A DNA stretch of 63,766 nucleotides, filler included, from Olpidium bornovanus S191 (lineage: Eukaryota; Fungi; Olpidiomycota): assembly GCA_017911155.1 (NCBI GenBank). It is 27 parts of 27 records of this genome, joined end to end, with 100 filler letters (N's around TTAATTAATTAA, not from the genome) between each part and the next. Parts side by side here need not be neighbours in the genome. Positions count along the whole stretch, not along the records: positions 34,577 to 36,120 come from JAEFCI010002656.1; positions 36,221 to 37,782 come from JAEFCI010003163.1; positions 37,883 to 42,428 come from JAEFCI010000732.1; positions 42,529 to 43,596 come from JAEFCI010001974.1; positions 43,697 to 45,506 come from JAEFCI010004533.1; positions 45,607 to 47,022 come from JAEFCI010006065.1; positions 47,123 to 48,549 come from JAEFCI010004820.1; 20 more parts are not named here. One strand, written 5' to 3'. Made by a program: the position numbers and the translations under genes. Below the pieces are notes generated by a model. That model searched no databases. It was not told the DNA's origin and saw only the letters and a program-made list of their open reading frames with translations. Within the stretch, counting starts at the first letter, position 1, and each line of letters starts with the position of its first letter. Below are positions 36,064-48,549 of this stretch, piece after piece.

Positions 36064-37290
36064 GGGGGCCCGGGGGGGGGGGGGGGGGGGGGGGTGGGCG
36101 TTTGCCGAGCGGGGGAGAGCNNNNNNNNNNNNNNNNNNNNNNNNNNNNNNNNNNNNNNNNNNNNTTAATTAATTAANNNNNNNNNNNNNNNNNNNNNNNN
36201 NNNNNNNNNNNNNNNNNNNNCATGCAAACCTGAAAAGTGCAGTCCACTGTAATTGAACCATAATTGCTATTTTAGTATACACACATTACACTAGTTAGAC
36301 TAATATATTCATAATTCACGCTGCGACATCACGAGGGACGTCGCAGGATGTCTATGCCCGATGTTTTGGAATGGCGAGTGTAAGATCACACGCAGATGTG
36401 GGGGGAGCTGTGTAACGTGAGCGCAGAAAGAACACGCACTATACATTGCACGTTCGTACCGAAGCGGAAAAAAAAAATTCTGAACGCGAGAAGCCGAGTC
36501 AGTTTGAATTGGACAACAAACTGCAGCAGACAAGATCACGCGGGACACCTCGCCCAAAAAGAGAAAAAAACCCCCAGGATTTCCGTCGTAAAAATTTTCT
36601 GTTTCTCGCTACCGCGCGCGGTGGAACTGGGTCGTGTGTGAAATGTTTCTCCAGCAGAAACGGCAAAAACCCCAGCGCGTCAAATAGGGGCGCGCCTCAA
36701 CTTCCTCTTCCCCCTCAACACCTGACCCCCACGTCCGGGGAAAGTCTGCAACGACTTAGCGGATGCCTCCCGTGCACTGCACACACGAGCCGACGAAGCC
36801 TGCGCTAGTCGTCCAGGTGATATACGCCCTCGCCCGGCGGGGTATGGCACCGCACCGTCCAGCGGGACTGCGGAGCGCGCGGCGGCCGCACCCCATTAGC
36901 AAAAACGTCCCCCTCCGATGGGAATGGTGATTTTAGCGGACCAATTTTTTTCCCGTGCATTTTTTTAGGAGGAAAGAGGGCCAGGGAGGGTGGGGGAAAG
37001 GGGGGCGGTGCTCGTCGTCGTTTAAGAAAGGGGGGCCTACCTGTAACGCGTACAGTCCTGCACAGTACTGCATTGCACTGTATGGAAAAAAAAAACACCA
37101 GCGCCGACAGCCCGTGAACACGGTACATGGCTCCCGTAAAAGCCTAGAGAGATTGGACTGTCACCACCGCGCGTACCGTGGTACAGCAGACGTACGCAGA
37201 GAACCTCCGCGCTAACGCCATGACGCGTGTTCCTGCCGCTCGGCAATCCACTTTGCATTTTCGTCGCTCCCGGGAGATGTGTCACGTTGA

Positions 37291-37782
37291 TCACGACAGG
37301 CAGCTTCGGTGCCAAGCTTTGCCGAAACTGCGCGGGTTTTTCTGATCGTATCCTGGCAACCCAGTAAAGACCCGGACGTGCGGCAGAATGAACTCAGCGT
37401 TCAGACCTTGCCTCTTGATCAGGCGGCCGCAACCGCAGCAAGGGGCGGTGAAGAGGTCATGGTAAAGCTCGAGCCATTCCTGTTGGGCGGGCGCGAGCGC
37501 AGCGGGGGGGAGGGAAAGGGGGAATGGGGGAGGCTCTCAGCTGTAGGACTGGCGGGCAAAGCCTTCGTCCGGGTCCGCGAGGGCAGTTCGACGCTGCGTC
37601 CGCGTACCATGAATTCCCAAGCGCCGTTCACCTCAAGGAATTTCTCCTCGTCGTCGTCTGTCATGCCCTCCGGTGGCGACGCCGTGGCCGCCGGACCGCG
37701 CAGCATAACGCGCTTCCGCGAGGGTCGCCGTCCGAAATGGTCCGCCGCCTCTCCAGCCCAGTCCGAGAGCATCCGGAACAAA
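37291..37782 (-). CDS. MED27: Mediator subunit Med27-like C-terminal region
   Basis: EWLELYHDLFTAPCCGCGRLI ... AWHRSCLS* matches the Med27 WL..Y..LF..PC..CG ... H..C motif. Confidence 0.6.
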
Positions 37783-37882
37783 NNNNNNNNNNNNNNNNNN
37801 NNNNNNNNNNNNNNNNNNNNNNNNNNTTAATTAATTAANNNNNNNNNNNNNNNNNNNNNNNNNNNNNNNNNNNNNNNNNNNN

Positions 37883-38280
37883 CATGAACAAATAATTCGT
37901 ATCGGGGCACTGCCCGCCGACTTCGAACAGCTCCTTCAGGTCGTAAAATTGCCCGTGAATGTCTCCGCATATCTGCCGGCAAGCGGATCCTCGGCAAGTC
38001 AGGCTTCCGCCACTGGACGGCCCTGCGTACAGTCCGCGAGACGTTGCCTTCGTACCGTCACCGGGGCGTCGACGCGCTGCACGTTGCTCTCCTCGACCAG
38101 GATTTCGCGGGCCTTGTTGCAAAGCTCCTTCACTTCGCTTTCCTTTATGGTTTCGCACCGTCGCAGCTGATCAATCTGCCTGCGTGGGCCGCGGTTGCGG
38201 CGTCAGTTGAAGTCGAATTTCCCCGTCATTTCCGTCGTAGGACCTCGCCTCCCGACAAACCTGTCCAAGTCGCTGAACAT
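37883..38280 (-). CDS. PPH3: Protein phosphatase 4 catalytic subunit, 5' part
   Basis: MFSDLDR|[41 protein letters not shown]|[16 protein letters not shown]. Confidence 0.92.
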
Positions 38281-40419
38281 GGTATGACGCAGTGACTCTG
38301 ACGCGGCGGACTAGTTAAGGGTTGGGTAACCGCCCTCGGTCGGTTGCTTCGCGCCGTTCGACCAAATTATCTTGTTCCCTCCGCCCGCGCTTCTGACGGC
38401 AGCTGCCCTCGCCCTCAAGCGCACCGCGCTGACGATCTCCGCGCGCTGGTTCGCCGTCTCTTGATTAAGTTGCGTTTGTCCTCTGCTGCCGCCTCGTGCT
38501 CGCGGGCTTTCGCGTAGCCTCGCTTCCAGGCAGCAGCGGAGCGGGGCGCCACGCAGAGGCGCCGCGCCTGCCCGCCGCCCGCCTCTTTTTCTCCGAGAGC
38601 GCTTCCTGTGCTGCGCAAGGCCCGCTTTTTTAGGCTCTGCCAAGGCGGTTGCCGCCGACCTCGGGCTCTGGCTTTTCGTTCTCCTTATCTCCCTTCCGGC
38701 GGCCGCAGAGCAGGCAGGCAGGCAACCGGCCGGGTTTTGAAGAGGGTCGGTCAGGGCGGAGGCGGGTGGTGCCTGTCCGCGAGAGCGGGCGGGAAAGCTG
38801 GTTTTTTTTTTTCCGTTTCTTTTTCCTTTTTCTTTCTCCAGGTCCAGACCGCCTGGCCCAGTTGAGAATCGGCGCGCGATCCTCGGCGCGGGCCCCGGTC
38901 AATCCTCGCGCACACCCGCCTCTCCGCGATGGTCGGTCACTGCCGGCAGCGCCCTTCCCGGCGGCTCCCACTCGCAAGGCCGAGATGGTCCGGCGGGGAC
39001 GAGGCGTGTTCGAGCGTCCTGGGAGGGGAATCTCCGCTGTTTTGAAAAAGGCGCTCTGGCTGGCCGACGGAGCACTCTACCCGCTCCGCAGGCCTTTTTG
39101 ATAAATAACCCCGGTGCCCCTCGCCTGCCCGGGACGAGTCCCTAAGCCCGCGCAACAATGCAGACGGTACAAGGAGGAGCGATTCGAGCTTCGCAAATTT
39201 GCTCGGCCTGCTTCCCCATTTTTTGCTTTTTTTGTGCGATCTCCGCCTTGGATCATCCGCCGAGGAACCCGGCGAAGAAACATGCGAGTCCGCGCGAATC
39301 CGCAAACGTTCCTCGGATCGGCGAAAATCCCGTGAATCTGCGGTCACGCGGGATCCCGCGGATCCCGGCTCCGGCTCCGGTCGGTTTCCGGGTTTCGGGC
39401 GGATATACGTGCAATTGTCGCTTCCGGGCATGCGCACGCCGCGGCGCGGGCGCAAGGCTTCGATGACATACAGCACGCAGCCGCTGCACATCTTCCGGCT
39501 GTCTGTCGCGGGCAAAGAATGAGGCCAATCGCGCCGGCAGCTACCCGTGGATGAAATCTCGTTTTCGAGAATAAACGCTCTGACTGAGTAACTTGCGCGC
39601 GCTGGATGACGAGCCGCTGTGAGCTGCTCAACCCGGATGGCTTCAACAACATGATCATCCCGCTTCGCACCTGCCTGTTGCGAAATGCTGGTTCCGCGTC
39701 CCCAAGCAATGTTGCCTGACTTTGGTTAACAAAGAAACTTTCGTCAGGCCCTCGTGGGTGCCAGATTCATCGCCGTTAAAAGGGGCATTTGCTTATTGCT
39801 GCACTTGCATCGCCCCTGTTCACGGCCGGGGTTTGGCGCCGCGCCTTCAAACCTCTCCTTTGCCGACAAGGGCTGCGCCGCAACACACGCGCAATGCCGG
39901 CGACCAACCGGTACCGGGCCCGCAATACTGGGTAGTCGCGAGCCGTGCCTGTACTGCACCACTAGAACCCGCACTACTAGACCGTGCGCTCTGGCGCTCG
40001 CCACCGCGGGCGCGTGGCGATATATGATTTTGAAGCACCAACAAATCCCCAGATCCGGAGCTAAAAAGCAGAAGGCAACGCAACTTGAATTTGCCGATCG
40101 ATCTGTCCGGGGTGTTGATCTTTTTCGAAGCGCTTTTTGGGTGGCGAATGAAAATGGAAAAGGAAGAGAGGGAACGGGAAGTCCTTTTCCTCTTTTCGGT
40201 CTCTTTGGACTGCGAAACGGGATGCGCAAGGTCCGGCGGGCCTTCCAGGGCCCGCTGTGTGTTGACGGGGAAAAACCGCCTGCTCGCCTCCAGAGCACGG
40301 GCGCCGGAACATCAGGGTTTGCGGGTCTCCTTTGAAGTGCTCTTGCTCCCCTCTGACTCGACTCTCGCAGCAGCTCCGCAACGGAAGAGTTTCTGAAATT
40401 GGGGCCCATTGCCGTTACA

Positions 40420-40570
40420 ACTCCCCTTCACTCAAGAGCGTCGGTCGCAGGACACACAATAGACGTCCCGGTAGACATCGGTTGTACGAGAAACATAGTC
40501 GTCATGTCGCTTCCGCAGTGCCTGGGTTTCCCGGCTGCAAAACCGGACATGATTAACGGTGCGACGAGTC
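40420..40570 (+). mobile_element. Degenerate retropepsin (Ty3/gypsy-type aspartic protease) remnant
   Basis: SVAGHTIDVPVDIGCTRNIVVMSLPQCLG resembles V.G..I..LVD(T/S)GAT.NFI...L...LG, with the DTG motif altered to DIG. Confidence 0.45.
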
Positions 40571-40628
40571 AACGTACGAACCGAGACTACGTTTACGATC
40601 TATCAGGTATACATAGGAATTTATCCAA

Positions 40629-42327
40629 CTAGACGTCAACATCTGGTTCTGAGTCGTCGTCGTCGTCCCCGGACACCTGGGTGTTCTCCCGCTCAAGATC
40701 TGCCATGAGAGCGGCAAGTGCCTGGTCATCCGACTCGCTGACAGCCCGCGGCTGATAGGCGACAAGAGACACAGGCGGAGAATGATTAACGATTGAAAAT
40801 TCCTCAATTATTTCATGGCGAGAGGGCTACTATCGCGCGCAGACGTACCTTCGTCTTCACTGCCAGCTGGCCTCCCAAACCCCGGATCGTCTCCTCGACC
40901 TTCACGATAGCCCTTTCCAAGGTTTCAATGCCGATAGCCTTGTCCAGCGAGCTGGTAACCATCACGTAGAACGGCGGCGCCACAAGGCGAATCTTGATCG
41001 GAACCTCCGGCGTTGAACACGCCTCACCCTCATTCAGGGCAGCCTTGACAGCGTCGATCCCTTCGTAGCCGTAACAGGCCACCTCGATATCTAGTTCGAC
41101 CCAACGAGAAGCGGATGAATTAGGCTCTCATTCTCAGAATAAAAGCTTACAGCCGTGAATGAAAAATGGAGAACTAATCTGCGAAGCGAGGTGTCTCGCA
41201 AAAGATACCGCCCATTAAAGCACACAGACGACAGTCCTTACCAGCTCGAATCTTGATAGGCTGGGGAGTTAACCTCCGCTTGATGTTGTTCAGCAGCTCC
41301 CTGTTGACGTGCTCGTTGGTGAGGACGTGGTTCTCGCGGTCGACGCTGACGGCGGACGTCGCGGAGGCAAGGAGCAAATCTATGTCCAAGACCTTCTCGG
41401 GCTCCACTATTGCCAACTTGAAAGCGTCGAAGCAATGCTGATATTTCTTGTACAGCGGCCAGCCAATCTGCTGATATAACGCCTCCAGGTCGACGTTTGT
41501 CTTCTCTGCCACGTGCCGCATGATAGAGTGAACCTATGACAATAGGTGTCAGCTTGATGTATTTGGTTTGTCTGCAATACAGAAACTGCGTGCCAACAAC
41601 CCTGACGGCGCGTCGATGCAAACATACAGCTTTGGATTTGTTGTACCGCTCCTCGCACTTTTCTACGTCTTCCGGTGTGACGCGGCGTTTCGACAAGTCA
41701 ATGTACCCTGGAAAAAGGCGAAGACACCATAACAAAAGCGTGACGGCGCCACGTTAGCACCTTCAGACGAAAGGAAGGAGTCGCGTATACGGGACGCGTC
41801 TGCGCACGGTGACCCGCCACGCCAGGACTGCAATCCAGCGCGGCGTTTTCGGCCAACGTGCAACGTATCCGACGTCTGCGCGGAGTTCGCAAGACCTCCG
41901 CTTGAGGCTCCGTGCAAAGCCGGGTTAACACCCTTCGTAGCGGCAACGACGGGCTCGATCGACAACTGTGCCCGCGAAGGAGGCACGACGCAAACCAAGG
42001 ACGTTGAAGCCGCGCAAAGAGGTTGCGACGGGGAAACAACGGCGGCGGGAGAGAAAGAAAGGGGGGGGGGGGGAATTAACCTTTTTCCTTGTCGACCCGG
42101 AGCACGACGACGACCTCGTTCCTGCCGACGCGGATGAGCTTCTGGATGCTCCTGATGCGCCTCCGGGAAAGCTCGGAGAGGAGGATCATGCCCTCGACGT
42201 TGTCGTATTCGAGCAGCCTGACGTAGGCGCCCATCTCGGCAATCTGCCTGACGTTGACCATGACAAGGTCGTCGACCTCCGGGTAGCGCGCCTCATACAT
42301 TCGGCACTGAAACCGAGCGCTGGCCAT
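40629..42327 (-). CDS. SUI2: Translation initiation factor eIF2-alpha, complete
   Basis: [59 protein letters not shown]|[16 protein letters not shown]. Confidence 0.98.
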
Positions 42328-42528
42328 TGTTCCGTCGCACTCCTTGTTTCCGTGTTTGGTTCCGCTCGTTTGGTTGAAGAGGGTGCGCGGTTTGTTCACT
42401 CCGCAACACCTCCCTCCCTTACTCCATGNNNNNNNNNNNNNNNNNNNNNNNNNNNNNNNNNNNNNNNNNNNNTTAATTAATTAANNNNNNNNNNNNNNNN
42501 NNNNNNNNNNNNNNNNNNNNNNNNNNNN

Positions 42529-42970
42529 ATCCAACGCGGCGCTGTTGTTGTTGAGGCCGCAAAGAACCTTGTCCTCGACGCCGTTGTCGAGCAAACGATC
42601 CAAACGATCCAACGCGGCGGCATCCAAATGATCCGACGCGGCGGCATGCTCGGCATCCTCCTCCCCCTCCTGCTCGGCGACGAGACGAGAAAGTGCATCT
42701 GCATCATGGTGGCGAGCTGCACTGCGTTGACGACATTCGAAAGGAAAGTCGGCGAGAAACATGACCAAACGGGCGAACTTGCCGGAGAGGTCGGGCTTCT
42801 TGATCAAATCAACGATCGCCGTACAGTCGGTCCACAGAACAAAAGGAGAGTGTAAAAGAAACGGGCGGTATTTGCGACAGGAATGGACAACTGCGAGACA
42901 ACCCCGTTCTGGCTGACTGTAGTTCTGCTCCGTCCGCGAGAGCTTCCAACTGCCATGGTAGCACACCCTG
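42529..42970 (-). mobile_element. Ty3/gypsy RNase H remnant
   Basis: SWKLSRTEQNYSQPERGCLAVVHSCRKYRPFL...FVLWTDC...LSGKFARLVMFLADFPFE...DADALSR. Confidence 0.9.
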
Positions 42971-43696
42971 TGGTGGCCGGAGTCGTCGCGTTGATACAGG
43001 TTGCCGGAAATCGCGCGTGGACCGGCATCAACTGCGAGCTCGAAGGGGCGCGACGGATCGGGGTGAGTAACGACAGGAGTGTGCAGCTTTATGCGCCTAG
43101 TTTTCTTTTATTATTTATTCGGAGTGTGGAAAAGTGTTGTTCTCGTTCGGGGGTTTTCTTCTTTTAATGCGCTCGTAACTACCGTATTCTACGACACCCC
43201 TCCTCGAGCGCACATGGTAACAGGTGAAGGGAAAATGAAAAGGAAAACTTCGGAGGGGTAAAATAAGAGGTGAGATTACGTGTAAGAAAAGGAGAAGAAA
43301 AGAAAGGAAAAGAAAAAAAGGAAAATATGCGATCTTTGCCTTCACAGATCCCGCGTGCCTTTCCATGACGTTAACCGGTGCCCGTCTTGATGTCTTGTGC
43401 CGAGGGCGAAGGTTGGACACCGATTGCGTTGCGGAACTTAGAAAACGCGGGTGCTGGGAGACCTTTCGTCATTCCGTCAACGAGGTTCTCAGTGGTTGGA
43501 ACCGGGAGGACGTCGACCTTTCCGTCAGTCACGCATTCGCGAACGTAGAAATGCCGGAGGTCGATATGTTTAGACCGTTTTGAAGTGCGGCGCGGGNNNN
43601 NNNNNNNNNNNNNNNNNNNNNNNNNNNNNNNNNNNNNNNNTTAATTAATTAANNNNNNNNNNNNNNNNNNNNNNNNNNNNNNNNNNNNNNNNNNNN

Positions 43697-44922
43697 CATG
43701 AACGCCGCACTCCCCAGGCATGAGCAACGAACCAAGATCGGGGACAGCCCCCGTCGAAGGTAGCAACCATAGTAGAAACTGCAATACCTCCGAAAAGCAG
43801 TCTCATTGATCGAGCTGGGACCAACCGCTGAGATAAACGCGGAGAAGCCTCGAAGAACGGATATTGCACCGAGGATCCTAGTTCGGACCGCCTGTCTCGG
43901 GCACAACGTCAGTGACCCAAGTACGCAGTACACGCACAACCGAAGTTTGAGGTAACGCGTACCGCAGCCATACGATCGCAGTCCGCAGTCTCCGCGCGGA
44001 CAGACGCGCGGAACATTGCAATGAGGATCGCAAAAACGACCACGATTCCGACGCAAGAGACGGCCAGGGCGGCCAAGTGGCCGCAGGAGACCCTCGTCAG
44101 TCTATTTACAACGTTGGCTGATCCTGCAGAACTGCTGTTGTCAGTTTTCTGGTGCGCAAAAAGGACTTCGGGAGGTGGCCTTTCGGCCTCGCTTCCGGAG
44201 CTGCCGACCGTCCGAGCCACAAAGCTGCCACTGCTTTCGGGCCAGCTTCCGGCCAAGGCGAACGCGTCGTCTTTCTGCTCGGCCGTCTCGCGGGGGTCCG
44301 GCGAATACGCAACAGCCCGCCTCCTCCTTTTGGGAAAGTAGATACGGTCCAGCTGCAGGCAGCCAGAACTGCCGCTCCCGTTTCTACTTCGGCGGTACGG
44401 CGGGCTGTTGCCGGCGTCGCGTGCGCTGCAGGGCGAAGCGCGTGCCGCGGGGTCCTCGACCTTGTGCGCGACGTCGACGTCCAGCTCGTCTCCCAGCAGG
44501 TTGTAACTCGAAACGGCCGTCACGCGCGTCGCGTCGTTGGCGTTTGGCCCGCCGGATAACCCGAGCGACTCACGGGCAGAGAGGGGCGCCTGGCGAGCGG
44601 ACTGCTCACGTGGTGACGACGGCAAGGCCTCGGCGGTTGGCTTTCCCTCTGGCCGCTTCTGCTCGTCCGAAGGCCTGCGCCAGTCAGCCGACCTGCGCAG
44701 ACTGCGCACCCTGGGAGTCGCCCGGGTGCCGTCCGCAAGCCTGCGGTAGCAGCTGCCGGAAGGGCTCGGCGCGTTGGCACCCTCCCGGTCCCGGGCAAGA
44801 GACAGGCGACAATACTCGGAGCCGCGACGGAACGGCGGCGAGTAGTTTGTCGGCGAGAAGGAAGAACCGGAAATTTCGATAGCGGGCCGATCAGGCTCCT
44901 GTTCTTTTTTATTTTCTTCCAT
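43697..44922 (-). CDS. Membrane sensor with TM helix and CHASE-like (cytokinin-receptor-like) domain start, 3' truncated
   Basis: Long disordered N-terminus, TM helix LAALAVSCVGIVVVFAILIAMF; phase-0 intron 43892-43962 gives CDRMAA|AVRTRILGAISVLRGFSAFISAVGPSSINETAFRRY. Confidence 0.55.
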
Positions 44923-45052
44923 ATCTGCTCCAGTTTCGCCCCTTGATACTTTTTCGCTCGGGCTTCCGCCGCCTGCGCGCGCGCTCCCCCCGGCGCCACA
45001 CGCCCTACCCGCCCCGTCGTTTTCCTCTCTTCTCTCTCTGCTCTCTCTCTCT

Positions 45053-45128
<76 letters not shown>

Positions 45129-45397
45129 CCCCGCGTGGACAACGGGCAGGTTCCCTTTCCGTCGGTCCCCTTTTTTCCCTGCGTGGCCGCCCGCTTCCCC
45201 ACCTCCCCGCGGGGCCCCGGTCCGGCCGTTCTCTCGCCCCGCCGGCCTCGTACTGCTTCCGTGCGCGGCTCCCCCGCGCCCGTCCGAACCGCGCCGCGGC
45301 GGCGATGATTCTGCGATTTCCCGTGCAGCCGGACGGGTGCTGTGCGCGGGCGGCCGGAGTCTCTGAGCGAGAGATCAGCAGGGGCAGGCGGGGGGGG

Positions 45398-45476
<79 letters not shown>

Positions 45477-46412
45477 GGACGCGGTTCTTGCGCAAATGGA
45501 GAGAGCNNNNNNNNNNNNNNNNNNNNNNNNNNNNNNNNNNNNNNNNNNNNTTAATTAATTAANNNNNNNNNNNNNNNNNNNNNNNNNNNNNNNNNNNNNN
45601 NNNNNNCTTTTTTTTTTTTTTTTTTTTTTTTTTCCTTTTCTGACCTTGTCGCCTTGATTACCCACCGGCCGCACAAGAAAGGTCCCAGATTTTTTCGTTC
45701 ATTTAATTATTTATTTTCTTTTTCAGGAAGGGGAGAACGGTGAGATCATAACCCGTTAGTGTTGCATATTCGCACTTTTGTGCATGCGGTGCTACAGCAG
45801 TGTACGCTTTGCAAACGCAAAGTGTGCAGCGCGGCCGGACGGCGCCACTTATTCGCACAAGTTGCTCTATCATGGCGCACGGCGGCATTCAGGCGGTCGG
45901 CGTGGCGTATTCGCCCGCTGCGACACACGCTCTGCTGGAATGGCCGGCGAATGGCGAGCCCAGGGTGAACAAAAATGCCGTGAGGGTAATTTGATTGAAC
46001 TCATGGCCAGCACTGCGTGGCGCAGTGTGCGCGCGGCCTGTTAATAGGAAGTAATGCACGTTACGGGAAGGGTTTTTCCCTCCGCCTTCCGCGCCCCTCC
46101 CGTGGCTGCCAGGGCAGCCCGGGCGCAGAAGGGCGCCAAAGGCAACCCGCGTAGCCTGGTCGTGTCGAAGACGGCAGCCTGTACGCGTAACCTGCCGCGT
46201 TGCAGCCGGCACTCGCCCGCGGGGACGTCGCGCGGTGTTGGAACGAGCGGTGCGAGGCCACACGCCACTGGCAGGCGGCCTCGAACGGGGCAGCAGCAGC
46301 CGGATTTGTCTGGCGACGCGCCAGGAGAAGGCCAGGCCACGACAGGCGAACCGCGGCCGTCGTCATTCGTGAAAAAAAAAAATATTAAAAAGAACGACCG
46401 CGTGAGCTTCGA

Positions 46413-46919
46413 TTGTCACCCACCGCGTCTCCCGTTAAACAAATTTTGGCTGTCAGTTCGTCGCTCGTCGGAAGCGGAAGCCAGTGTCCGGTGGACATTA
46501 TGGCCAGGGGTGGCACCCGTGTTAACGACGCTGGCGAACGATTGAATGTGTGCAGCAAAGCTGCCGAAAGTGAGCATTGGAATTGCAACGGACCAATAAA
46601 ACTGGACGGTTCCGAAATGAACGAAGCCAGCACCGTGTTGAACCGTGAAATTCTGGAAGCAAACGATTTCGAAGCGGGAGCAATTGAATTTGATAAATGC
46701 ATTAAACTTGAGGACAAAGAGGAATCGACCGTCGCTGAAACGACGCGAGACGTTTTTGTCTGGGAAAATCGCCGCGCAACGCTTGGAGATGGATCCACTA
46801 CGGACATTGTTGCGGGGAAGCTCGAGGACGTTGACGATGATATTGTCGAAAGCGAAACAAACGGAGGAGCGACCTTTCGCGGCCTGACGTATACACAGCA
46901 ACTGGAGAAAGTAGGTTAA
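46413..46919 (+). CDS. Hypothetical acidic protein exon
   Basis: 168-codon ORF with protein-like composition and a plausible GTAGGT donor near its end. Confidence 0.45.
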   Translation: MSPTASPVKQILAVSSSLVGSGSQCPVDIMARGGTRVNDAGERLNVCSKAAESEHWNCNGPIKLDGSEMNEASTVLNREILEANDFEAGAIEFDKCIKLEDKEESTVAETTRDVFVWENRRATLGDGSTTDIVAGKLEDVDDDIVESETNGGATFRGLTYTQQLEKVG

Positions 46920-48049
46920 GCTGTTGTGGTTATCAGGTCAACCCCCGGGCATCGCTGGAACTGGTTCTCGTCCTTCGTTAATTGCACTTTTGCCAGTAGA
47001 TTATTTCATCAGTTTTGCATGANNNNNNNNNNNNNNNNNNNNNNNNNNNNNNNNNNNNNNNNNNNNTTAATTAATTAANNNNNNNNNNNNNNNNNNNNNN
47101 NNNNNNNNNNNNNNNNNNNNNNCATGAGGGCGGTCCCCCATCACGTTTTTGACATCCGCGAGTTGGGCGTTGCCTGTTTCCGCCCTTAACTGGACGCCGA
47201 AGCTAAGCGGTACACGGGCCCCTCACGTGGGGGCAGAGGAAGAACCTTCTCCGCGCGCAATTCTCACGCGATTTTATTTCGGAAAACGTTGTTAGGCCAG
47301 CTTGTGAATAGTATGTGAAACACAAGCTGCCCCAAGTGGGGCCGGAGGAGTCGAAGAGCCTTGTCGTTCCGTCTCAACCCACTCCCCTTCCTGCCCACAG
47401 GGAATGTTACCACACGCTGCGGACAACGCCCCCCTCAACGATCCTCATTCCTTTCTTTCACCCTTCCCCAAAAAGGTTGAAAAATAGACGCCGTTATGAA
47501 CGCCCATTGGGACCACGCGAGGCTGCGCCCCCCCCCCGCAGCCCTTTTTTTTTTTGTTTCCTCCCCGCCTACTCTCTGCGTTTGGGGAGGGGAGGGAAGT
47601 GATAACTGCAGCGGCGCAACCGAGCTTTGTCCGAAGCGCGGGAAGGGGGAGCGTCCTGGTGGCTGCCCCTCCCCGTTCGCGCACACTCTACAGGAAAAAA
47701 AAAAAAAAAAAAAAAAAAAGAAGACGAAAGGGACCGGGCTATTTCAAGCCCCGCGGCGAGCCTTGTATTCGGGGTGTGGCGTCACTGCTCCGCTCTAGGC
47801 CTCTTTTGCGTGGCGAGATACAAGGAATTGAACAAAGACTGGTCCGCGCAGTGCGTCCGTCTCACGGCTCAGTCTCCCGCACTTTCGCCCTTTTATTTTC
47901 CAACTCCCAGCCTCACAGGGCGCACCATGACGCCCGTGCTCGCAAGTCTATGACGGCGCGCCTATTCTGCTCTTCTCCAATTTTTGATTTCCCGACGGTT
48001 TGATGTTTTGGCCGTGAGTCATTCGGCAAAGTCGGGATGGGGCCCCTTG

Positions 48050-48549
48050 ACGGCTCCCACCCCGATCTCATCTCCCCGAACTTGACGAATTTCATCTCGT
48101 TTAGCAACTTAGTAAAAAGACGTCCACTGGGTTGTCCGCAGACGGGTTCACGCTCGATTCGGATGATTCCATTTGCGGCGCATTGCGGCAAGTGGTGATA
48201 TCGGATGCCGATGTGCTTTGGCCTCGATGACCCTTCGCATTGGTAGCAAGCTCTGCGGCGCACGCGTTGTCCATCCACAGGGGAATCGGCTCGGCAATGA
48301 ACGTTTTCTTTGTCATTTTGTTCCCGCGATTGGGCGCAGCCGTTTCGTCTGTTACAATCGCGACAAGACCTGGACGCGAGTTTCTTCTTCGCAGGAAAGA
48401 TGTCGCGACGCGCTTCTGGCGTGTCAACCTCCGTGAGATCAGGCCCTATTCCGCACTTGATAAACCTTCTGTCGTGGGTGCGCGGGTTTCCGGGCAGCCG
48501 GCCCACCGCTCCAATATCTGTTTCCTCGCGTTCTTCTCTCCAAGGCATG
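48050..48549 (-). mobile_element. Degenerate Ty1/copia RNase H remnant
   Basis: PIPLWMDNACAAELATNAKGH(fs)PKHIGIRYHHL...GIIRIE(fs)DNPVDVF/LFTKLL. Confidence 0.85.
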
